Source: Wallemia ichthyophaga EXF-994
Lineage: Eukaryota > Fungi > Basidiomycota
Assembly: GCF_000400465.1 (NCBI RefSeq)
Contig: NW_008806290.1
Coordinates: forward strand, 90,001 to 122,000
Length of the DNA stretch: 32,000 nt
Direction: 5' to 3'
A program made the translations under genes and the position numbers. Positions 1-10,432 of this stretch are shown here, in pieces. The number at the start of each line of letters is the position of its first letter. Position 1 is the stretch's first letter. Under the pieces are notes generated by a model, which was given only the letters and a program-made list of their open reading frames with translations, did no database searches and was not told the DNA's origin.

Positions 1-56
1 TTGTTGACGAAGCATATGATGCTGCTGTCGATTCTTTGCAAGTAATTGGCTACTAA
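1..56 (+). CDS. possible 3' end of an upstream gene (partial, ...VDEAYDAAVDSLQVIGY*)
   Basis: Open frame from base 3 to TAA at 54-56 that reads like protein, followed by AT-richer sequence. Too short to identify. Confidence 0.3.
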   Translation, partial: VDEAYDAAVDSLQVIGY

Positions 57-174
57 CTCATAGTAATCGAGATATGATGATTGTGTACTATTGGAGTGTA
101 TTGGAAAATTGATTATTTATAACTCCTTCACATGGGCTTTGAAACCTCATCGACCAAGAACTCGCAGTCCGCAG

Positions 175-1639
175 ATGATACAAAAGAAAGCAGCAGAAGT
201 GAGTTTCAGTGGTTACTTGCAAGCAACTTTCTAATAATCAACAGCGCTTTTGTCAATACGTGAATTCGTCTACTGATCCATTTCACGCAACGCACAGCGC
301 AGTACAGCAGCTGGAGAGAGCAGGTTTCAAGAAGCTCAGTGAGCACGCTTCTTGGAATGGGCAACTTCAGGCCGGCTCCAAATACTATTTCACCCGCAAC
401 CAAAGCTCCGTCATCGCATTCACCCTCGGTGCCAAGTACAACGGCAGCGGCGGTCTCAGTGTTATTGGTGCACACACAGACTCACCAAATCTGAGAGTTA
501 AACCGGTGTCCAATAGAGTCGCCCAAGCTTATCTCCAAGTCAAATGCGAGACGTACGGAGGCGGTATTTGGCACACGTGGTTCGACAGAGATTTGGGTAT
601 TAGTGGACGCGTAATAGTACAGGAAAGCGAATCATCACCTAAATTTATAAGTAGGCTCGTTAAGATTGATAAACCAATACTGAGGATACCATCATTGGCT
701 ATTCATTTGGACCGAGAGGTTAACCCATTCAAATTCAATGCAGAAACTCATCTTACGCCTATTCTCGGTCTCGTGAATGAACAGTTGAACTCAGCTGAGG
801 CCGTCGATGCAATGAAGTCCCAGCATCTCTACGACTCGCACCCAGTCGAGAAACACCACCCAATAATGTTAAAAGCTATAGCTAAGGAGCTCAATGTCGA
901 AGTTTCTCAAATCCAAGACTTTGAACTGAATTTATTCGACACCCAAAAAGCGACTTTGGGAGGTATTAATGACGACTTCATTTACTCATCTCGCCAAGAC
1001 AACTTGCTGTCTTGTTTTGCTGGTGTAGAAGCGCTGGTCGAATCTTCCAAGAATCTGGAGAACGACGATAGGGTTAGCTGTCTGTGCCTATTTGATCACG
1101 AGGAAGTAGGGAGTGCATCCACATCCGGTGCTGACGGCTCACTCTTGCCTGACTTGATACATAGACTAAGTTCGGAGCTGAGCAAGTCCAACCACGCCAA
1201 AGCATCTTTCGAAGAAATCACTGCTAGATCATACATCATCTCTGCGGATATGGCTCATGCTGTACATCCAAACTACGCAGAAAAGCACGACGACCTGCTC
1301 AGGCCCAAGATGGGAGGTGGTGTTGTAGTGAAAACCAACGTCAAACAGCGCTACGCAACCAACTCAATCACTTCATTCTTGTTGAGCAGATTAGCTGAAA
1401 TAGCTAAAGTCCCTTTGCAGCATTTCAGCGTCAGAAACGATATACCCTGTGGATCAACCATCGCACCTATGCTAGCTAGCAAGACTGGTATTCAAACTGT
1501 AGACATTGGCTTGCCACAGCTGGCTATGCACTCGATACGCGAAGTAAGTGGAAGTGAGGATACCCAGCACCTCATCAACCTCTTCACGTCATTTTACGAG
1601 AACTACGGGCAGGTACAGACCTCAATTGTTGTAGACTGA
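175..1639 (+). CDS. APE4: aspartyl aminopeptidase, peptidase family M18 (DNPEP/Ape4-like)
   Basis: ATG 175 (MIQKKAAE), intron 199-244 (GTGAGT...ACAG), then in frame with ORF 209..1639. M18 metal-binding motifs GAHTDSP, RQDNL, DHEEVGS, SADMAHA and MHS are present. Confidence 0.93.
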
Positions 1640-1643
1640 AAAT

Positions 1644-1657
1644 TTATTTTAAAATAA
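1644..1657. terminator. perfect 14-bp AT palindrome in the 19-bp gap between convergent genes; candidate bidirectional 3'-end signal
   Basis: TTATTTTAAAATAA is self-complementary and presents AAAATAA on both strands between stops at 1639 and 1659. Function is inferred. Confidence 0.35.
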
Positions 1658-1658
1658 G

Positions 1659-4244
1659 TTAAATCTTTTCATAAAAGTACACATAGCCTTTACCAATAAG
1701 CGAGTTGAGGTTAGTATCAGACTCCTTGACTACCTTCTCGTCATTGAAGAGGATCCACTCATCGTCATGTTTGACGTGTGCGACATAGTGTCCTGAATGA
1801 ACAGACGGACCTTTGTGAGAGATAAATGCCTTGAGTGCGTACTGTGCAGGAGTAGCTTTCGAGCCAGGCTTAACATCGTCTTCTTCCATCGGCGTATTTA
1901 GCACCTCCTCTTCGCCTGGGTCCGAAGGATTGTCGAATAACCAACCGACAGCAACTTCGACGTTATTAGACTAGTTTGTATGAGCATTATGTAGGAGTAT
2001 AAATTAGAAACTTACTGATACTCGCAAAGCCTTTCTTGCCTGATTTGGAGTGAAGCCCATCCCAGTAACGACACCATTAAGATCATCACCACCGTTGGTA
2101 TCGGCAGTTGGCGCCTCTTCACCCTCGTCATTTGGATTCTCGAATAACCAACCGACTGCCATCTCGACGCTGTTTTGACTATTCTTGAGTGCCTTCCTGG
2201 CCTGGTTCTGTGTGAAACCCATATCTGTAACCATATTGAGCAGCTCGGCAGGAACGTCTTCTGTAGTCTTTTTTGGCTTTTTCGTCTCGACTGGATCATC
2301 TAAACCTTCATCCTCCATATGTGCAAATAACCATGCAGTCGCAGCTTCCACGCCAGTGTGGTCAGTATTAATAAGGGACCGCTTAGCTCTGTTCTCGCTA
2401 AATCCCATACCTTTCAAGTTAGACAGCGCTTCGTCATCGAATTGAATCTCATCTCCATCTTCATCTTCGGGGAGATCGACTTCGCCTTCTTGGCGACCTT
2501 CAGTCTGCAGCTGCGTCAGATCCACTTTATCGACACCCTGCACTGCAATATCAAGCTTCGTTGGGACCCAATTGACGAGGTGGAATTTGCGTGTGTGGAG
2601 AATTAGGGCATCAGGGAAAGTTTCTAAATTCCATGTCCTGCGTGATGTGTGAGGGACAAGATTGGCGTGATAATCGTACTTACTTAGTCGCTTTCACTTG
2701 GGTTTTACAGGATGGACAGTTGTAATCAAGTTCATCTGGGCGCTTGAGCGTGTCTAAGCACTCTTCAGCGCTCACATCCTCATACGTAACTTTGCCGTTA
2801 TCTGACTGTGCATGCTCGCGCACTGGTATGTCTACACTTATGCTGTCGTGATTATCGTACCTGTAGCGAACTTTATGACATGCGGTGCAAGTAAGCTTTT
2901 GCTCAGCGACGAATGAGAAAAGACGCTTTATTGAAGATGGTGTGTCGCTTTTCTTAAGCACGTCGAGAAAATGACATAAAAATTCCTCACTATCCTGTTG
3001 TCTCATAGTAGAAAATTCAGGGTGACCCTTGCCGATAAGATCTTTGAACATGGCGGGTTTAACGCCGTCTTGGAACTGACCCTTGAGAGATTTGGTGGAG
3101 TAGCGACCTGAACCAAGACCGTCTGCAATCTTAGCTAATTGTACGAGGAGATTTTGGGCAGCGTTTTCGACATCACCGCCATTGAGCTCATTGAAACGAT
3201 CAAGGTAGTGGTTTCTGATAGCAGGGTAGCTGAAAAAGCTCTGTAAGGTACTGTTCATGTAGCAGCTATTACCAAGATTCTTAAAACCAGTTAACCATTT
3301 CCCGAAGACGGGCTGGAGCTCTGCGCCATCGTCACCTGTCATACTAAAATCAAACTTTGAATTTTGTTCAAGCTGGAGCTCAGTGAGAGACTTAGTTGTT
3401 TTAACTTGAGATGTGATTTCGATACCGAAAGTGCTAAGGTCATCGGCGAGATTAGGGTTTAATCTTTCTTCATTGCAAGCATAACAATAGATATCTGCAG
3501 TACCTTCAGCAGTGATAGTGCCAAGTTTTACAGCGACAGCGTGACCAGAATTCTCGTAATGTGACAACGCATGTGAGTTGCCTTGTAGACCGCCGAATTG
3601 AGCGCGACCACAACCCAATTCACCGCAAGTCAAGCAAAGCCATAAATTATCATTCAGAGAACATGCATGGCAATGCGCATCAGTCATTTTGACCAATTTC
3701 TTATCGGGTTGAGTGGAGCGAACGCTGCGGCTGTGGGAGCATTCACTCAGCTCCTCTTCCCATGCTTTAACTTCAGAACGGTGTGCTTGAGAATCTGAGG
3801 CTAAAACGGCTAATATTTGAGATTCGATGGTGGATGAGGATGTGGTTGGGTATGTGACGTCGCAGAGAAGACAGCGTAGGTTGTAAGCATAGCTGAATTG
3901 CTCCTCCTCACGCTGCTCTTCTATGGCTAGTTTCTTGAGTGGTGGCTCTGCCTTGTCGGAATCCTTGGGGCTTCTTTTGATGTTGAGTGCTAGTGGATGG
4001 TGACGACTGCGAGCGTGAGCGTAAGCGTGCTGGTGAATTGATTCACAGGCACCGTTGAAGCAATGGAGGCAGACGTCTACGCCCTTCTCAGAGTCCTGTT
4101 TTCTCCATGAGTGCGTGGCTCTACTAGCTACAGTGATAAACAAACCTGAGAATCAAAGCAGCGTGTACACTCATCCTTATACACGGTATCATATATTCCA
4201 GGCTTATTTAATTCTGGTGGCGATTTTATATGCTCACACATCAT
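1659..4244 (-). CDS. UBP14: ubiquitin C-terminal hydrolase 14 (USP5/USP13/isopeptidase T family)
   Basis: Start MMCEHIK at 4244; introns 4096-4145, 2638-2683 and 1971-2015. N-terminal cryptic ZnF, ZnF-UBP (CHACSLNDNLWLCLTCG...HA..HY), Cys box GNSCYMNS, UBA domains and His box HSGHYVAH. Confidence 0.95.
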
Positions 4245-4311
4245 TGTCGTAGTGCAAGCGTATAGATGGACAAACAAAATCATAATTTCTGTCTAAATTT
4301 TATTTTTTACC

Positions 4312-6886
4312 TTAAAAGATATCATTCGCTGTACATTTATCTAGCGTGTGGCCATATCCACCCTAACTCAAAATCAGTTTTGTCAATATCAAAGACATAT
4401 AACTCACGCAATCATCGCAGTACTCCCCTCTATTCCCTTTCATTGATGTATCTGATAGGCCTGATGCAGCAGCTAGCGCTGATTCTGCTCTATGCGGTGT
4501 ACTTGGTACCTTAGATGTGTTACTGCTTGGTCGTCTAGCATCCCTCATAAACTCTGCTATCAATGGATCTTCATAATCTTCATTTTTTGAGTTGTTCTCT
4601 TTATTTGAATTGTCAGATGGTTTTGAGGTGTTAGTGCCATTCCATTGCTCCTTGTCATTGGCTTCAGTGCCGCGTTCAGGTATATTTAGCTGTGCCCTTA
4701 ATTTGACTAGTTCACGCTCCATGTCATCCTTCAAAGCGTTAACATAGTTAAAATGCACCACATATACACCCACCTCCTTGAATATCTTTGCTTCCAGGAG
4801 TGATTCGAGTTCATTGATGTCGTGATGAGACTGCCGATGCGTCAAAAACCAAAATCGTTCTTGAAATATTACCAACCTTGCTTTCTACCTCTTTTCGCCG
4901 GCGTTCACTTTGCTTAAGTTGCTCTTGCAGACTTGACATGTCTTCCTTGGGAGAAACAATACCAGCATCACCAGTCAAGTGACTGTGTGTACGTGTGCGC
5001 TCCTGTTCAATTTCTAGTTGATCTTCCAACTGTCTCACTTTGTTTTTAAGAATAGATATTTCGTTCAATGACGCTTCCTCCTTAACCTTCTCCCTGTCAA
5101 TCCCACCCCTCCGACTATTCTCCTGACGCAAAAAGTCACATTCACGTTTAGATACGTTAATGACATTTTCTGAGTCCTTGAGTCGCTCATTCAATGCATT
5201 TAATTCACTCTCTATCTCGTCAATCTGCTCGGCATGCTGGGATTGCTCCGTTTCAAGGCGTCTGTAAAGCTCATTAACCCGCTCGTTACCATCTTCATCC
5301 ACTTTGAGGTTTTCAAAGTTGTCAATATCCGATTGGAGTGATTCAGCATGTGCGCGAGCGGCCTCAAGCAGTTCTTTAGTCGACGTCAGAGCATCCTCCA
5401 ACTCTTGTATCCTAATAGTTCCAGAAGTACAATCCGCCTGACTAGCTTCTAACTCTCTACTACCTTCTGTCAACTGTGCATGGAGATGCCTTATATCTTG
5501 ATGTAACTTGTCTATCTGTTTTTGCGTATCTAACAACATATTCTCTCGTTCTCGGTCGAGTTCATTAAAAGCCTCCTCGCTGCTACTTAATTTGGTGTTT
5601 AAGTGGGCAAGTTGTTCCTTAAGAGATTCATTATCAATCTCCGCGGCCGTAATCTGACGTCGTGCAGTGGTTCCTGGGGAGGCAGGATGAGATTGAGCGG
5701 TAAGAGATGCACAGTGTGACTCCAAAACTCTGATACGCTCATCAGATTCGAATTTGCGTGCTTCAGTCCCATTAAGGCGCTCCTCGTAGAGAGCTATAGT
5801 CTCCTGGCCAGCGTGGCGGAGATCTTCGGCGAGTGACTCTAAATCTTCTTTTTCAGTAGTAAGCTGTACACATCGCGCGTCGAGAGAAGCGAGTGAGGTT
5901 TCTAATGAATGAATTTCAGCAATTTTGGAGCGAATTTCAGCCTGGAACTCTGCCTGAGTTCGGGCGAGTGTGGCATTTAGTTGTGCAATCTCGCTTTCCA
6001 GTTGTGCAATCCTGGACTGGTGTGTGTGGATATCTTGGGTATGTGTGTATTTCAGATCGCTTAACAATTTTGCATGTTCCGATTCACTCAATTTAATCTG
6101 AGACTCTTTAAATTTGATTGCAGCCAAAGCATCTTGAAGATGAGAAGAAGTGTCATTGAGTTGGGTGGAAGCGTTGTGTAGCTGCGTAGAAGTGTCTTGG
6201 AGTTGCGAGTATGTATTTTCAAGTTGAGTGGAGGTATTAGAGTGTGAAGACTGAAGATCACTCAATTGAGATAATTGCGCCGCGTGCTTCTCTTTAAGTG
6301 AAGATAACTCATCACTAATTAGATCATCTGGGTTCAGACCGCGTGAAAAAGAAGGGCGGTGAGAAATGGATTGCCTGGAAGGAGTGCGCTGACTAATACG
6401 ACTAGAAGGGCGATCAATGGATTGCTGTGAAGGAGTTCTCATACTGGTAACAGAAGACGAGCGTCTATGAGGAGTGGAGGTGTTCGACATGGAATTTAGA
6501 CGTGTACGAGTGAGAGTAGGCGGGGAAGAAGGAGGAGGCATATTATCAACGCTCTTTAACCTGTTTATAGATTGCCTTGGTTTAGGTGTGGATAATGAAG
6601 TACGCGGTTTCGTAGGAGTTCTCAAAGAAGGCTGAACAACTTGAGTAACTTTATTAAGCTGTATAAATATTCCATTGCCTTGCTTGCAATTGAAGTAACG
6701 TGTACCTTCAATGCTGCCGTCATTCTTCCCCTTGCCGTGATGCACAGGTAGCAATTCCAAACCAAGCCAATGACCTTGCTTGAAGTGAGTCTCTCCTTGG
6801 AATTTCAAATAACCTTGTAAATTTAAATGATCAATTTTAACGAGGCTATTAAGTTTATAATGTCGTTGAGTTGGTTCACTCATCAT
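4312..6886 (-). CDS. BIK1: CAP-Gly/coiled-coil/zinc-knuckle microtubule plus-end protein (CLIP-170/Bik1/Tip1-like)
   Basis: N-terminal CAP-Gly (GETHFKQGHWLGLEL...GKNDGSIEGTRYF), Ser/Pro/Arg-rich linker and long coiled coil. Introns 4831-4876, 4729-4773 and 4363-4407. The spliced C-terminus CDDCGGYGHTLDKC is a CX2CX4HX4C knuckle, ending NDIF*. The start could alternatively be 6883 or 6907. Confidence 0.8.
6147..6230 (-). repeat. degenerate 21-bp (heptad) coding tandem repeat, about 4 units
   Basis: Plus-strand units gaagtgtcattgagttgggtg / gaagcgttgtgtagctgcgta / gaagtgtcttggagttgcgag / tatgtattttcaagttgagtg encode (S)TQLxxT-type heptads in the coiled coil. Confidence 0.6.
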
Positions 6887-9800
6887 GGTTTTTAGGGATG
6901 AAGACATTTTAAACGACGTTGAAGGCAATACTAGTATTTTAAATAGAAATATCATTTCAGTTCAAGGTAATAGCATCATCATTAGAAATTTCAAATGTGA
7001 ACCTCTATCTCGAATAAACCTCAACATAAAACCAAATTGCTATGATATTTACAAGGATAAACTACTGGTCGGTTACTTGGATGGCTTGCTTGAAATTTAT
7101 TCAATCGAAAAAGGTACTTTGATTACATCTGTCAAGCAATCATCCATCAAATCAATCATCCAAGGCACCGATGAAGGTCATCTAGCTGATAATCCTATCA
7201 TGAAAGTTTTCATGTTAAACTCACACTCCCTTATATCACTAGATACATCTAACAAGCTATTCTATACCTCCTTCAAAGGTATTCAACGGCTCAAATGGCT
7301 TGATGGTTTAGACAAACACAGGTTATACGGCAACTACAAGCAATATCCACCATCACACCAATCAATTATCTTAGATGTCTTACCTTTTAATCACTTGGTT
7401 GCTATCTTAACCCCTTCAAAGTTACTAATTATTACTCTTTTACCAAAACCTTCAATCATTTATAAAGCTATAAACACATCTTATACCCCTTCTACATATG
7501 GTAACCTATCTTTCAACAACGATCACCTCATCTTCAACTGGTCAAACACCCTCTACAAACTTTCTGTTTCAGATAACTTCTCTTCTACAAACTCAAACCT
7601 CCCTTTACACGTCTCATCTTGTCATTGGCTAAGTCATCTCATTCTCATCCGTTCTCCCTCCAACTTGATCCTCATTCACCCTTCTTCTTTCGATGTCTTA
7701 GAATCTCATCCTCTAAAAACTCCCACTCAGTCTCAATTCCATGTCTCTGATAGATCCTGTTATTACCTGGTTAGTTAGTCCACAATCCATTTATTTTCAC
7801 TAACCTAACAAAGTATAACAACACTCTCCACAAATCTACCCTCCTAAATTACAAATCTAGACTAAATGACCTTATCATCAGCAATCAGCCCATAGAAGCT
7901 TTGCAACTTGCTTTAAATTTTTTCATGGGCAAAGTTGGCGACCCCCTCACCACACAGCTCCCCGACAATCCCACACAACGTCATTCCGCGCTACAACCTT
8001 ACATTTCTACTCTACTAGGTTCTTCAACGCGTTATTTACAACTAACCATCAAATCTCAAAGTTTGGATGCTTTAAAGTATATCGCAAAATTACTCATAGA
8101 CGCTTCCATCTTAGTTGACTCTTTCGATATTCTTTACAACGATGTGTTTGATATATACCAGACCGCAAAACGCGACAAAGAGTTTTTGGAGCAACTGGAG
8201 CCTATCGTGAGGAGTGGCCAAGTGGGGAGTATACCACCAAATGTCTCACAATTACTTCTCCGACTATACGATCCTGAGCATCATCAAACGCGTTATCAAG
8301 ACTTGGTAATTCAACTCAATCCCGCCGAGCTAGATATAAATGGGGTTATCAAAACTACACGCCATTACAAACTTTGGAAGGCTTTTATTTTTGTGCATCT
8401 TACAGCACTTCAAGATTTTACCACACCATTACTCCATCTCATCAGTATAATAAGATTTAGTGAGAGCGCGGATGTGGAAATTGGCACACTATTCGCATAC
8501 CTCGGACACACACTCAGTGATTTAGTATACCCTACCCAACAGTCGCTCGATTCTATCGGTGGAGACGTCGTGTCAAACAAGGCAAAGTCAGATATTTACA
8601 GTTTAATATTTCGTGCACGCCTGCATCCTGATGACGATATGTCACCATCACGCACACCTGACACAACCCCTTCCCATTCTCTTTCCTACCCTTACATGCG
8701 GGTGCTATTGCAGCTGAATGCTCGCGTAACCTTTGCCATCCTCAACACGGGCTTTGAAGATGGCTACTTCAACGAGCATGCACCCATCTCACGCCAGACG
8801 ATCATCAACACGCTGTTAGAGATGGTTTACACGCACGATCTAAACGCGGACACTATCGCTCATGTTGAGGTGTTTGTAGCAAGTAACATTAGCAAGTACC
8901 CACAATTCATCCTTCTCCCATCAAGCACTGTCTTGCGGCTACTGCGCGGCTTGTCGGTTGAGGATGGAGAAGAATCTGGAGTGTCTCACCTAGAGCGTGA
9001 ACTGGCTGTACAGAGCTTGTTATCAACTTTCACTCTTCCCTCACTTTCTAAAATCCACTCAGATTTGCTTGGCACATTTGAGCGCGCGCGGTTCTACAAG
9101 ATACTCAAGTCGATCTATAGAGCTAGGCGGGTGTGGGCGGAGTATACCAGGGTGGTACTGAGTGATGGAGACATTACTCTATTTAGTGATCTCGACGTTG
9201 CGTTTAGGAATGGTGGCGATGGGCTCTTTGATGTGTTTAAGGGGTATGTTGATGACGCTCTCAAGCTTAATACTGAGCAGGTCGTCGCTCTCGTTGAGAA
9301 GCACAGCATCAAGCCTGACGAGACGCACAAAATGCTTGTGCGGTGGTGCAAAGATAGCGCAAACACTGTGCTGTATCTCAAAGCGGTGCTCGAGCAACGT
9401 GGTGATGGAACTGCGATGGATTTGAAGCATGAATATATTTCACTCCTGGCACAGAGGCAATCGCAAGAGCATGAAAGTCAAGACCAATACGGAGTTGAAA
9501 GCAATGATATTTGTGCAGTGATAGACGAATATACATTCGATGCAAGCTTTTTACACAATCTTTTCACGCAGCACAAGAACATTGCTGCGCAGATGCACCT
9601 CCTATATCAGGAAATGCGACTTGTTGAGGCGTTTGAATGCCTTAAGGAGAAGGTGTTCACTGAGTCAGGTGTAGGAACACAGACGCGTGCATTGGAAAAA
9701 GGAGCTGAGCTGGCTGTCAAGTATACCAACACACATTATGGGGATGAAGATGCTGAGCGATGTACCCAAATTTGGCATACTATTATGGTATCAGCAATTG

Positions 9801-10279
9801 AGACCATACAGCACCACAGTCTTACTGATGTTCTACTGGAAAAGGTGTTGAATGGGCTACTGATGCACACTTACAATCACAATGTTAAGTACTCGACACT
9901 TTTCAGCCATCTCTGCAATCACTTCAACACATCGAACTCAGTTTCAGGTTCGCATTTGCAAACTCCTAGCCAATTTCGCACTATTCTCTTAATGTTCTTG
10001 GAGAGCATCAGAGCGCGCCTCGAGATCTACACGGTGGGTGCGCGGATAATGGACGCCGAGTGCGCACAGAAGCTGAAAATGTATGGAGAGAAGAGTGCGC
10101 AAGGATGGCGAGTGAGTGAGGATTACAGGCGAGAGTTGGAAGAGCTGAGGGGGTATATTGAACAAAGCGAGGAGTTGCACGATTTGGCTGGGCAGTTGGA
10201 ACATCAGGGCGTTGATTGGAGAAGTATGTTTGAGGTACCGCACGTAACTAGAACAAGTGTGGAGGTGTATCAGACGTGA
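6885..10279 (+). CDS. VPS8: CORVET subunit Vps8-like (beta-propeller plus alpha-solenoid)
   Basis: ORF 6885..7769, intron 7770-7813 (GTTAGT...CTAAC...AAG), then in frame to 10279. Vps8-like segments include 'RLNDLIISNQPIEALQLALNFFMG', 'FLEQLEPIVRSG...IPPNVSQLL', 'YKLWKAFIFV...QDFTTPL' and 'FVASNISKYPQFILLP'. Confidence 0.85.
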
Positions 10280-10432
10280 TTAAAGTGCTGGATGAAAATT
10301 TGTCTAACAAATGTCCAAGATGATTAAGGAGAAAGAATATACAAATTACGACATACCAAAAAGATATTGCGCTTGTTTTGTAGAACAAATTGAATATCGA
10401 AATCCTTATCAAATCACCGTCATCGCTAGCTC

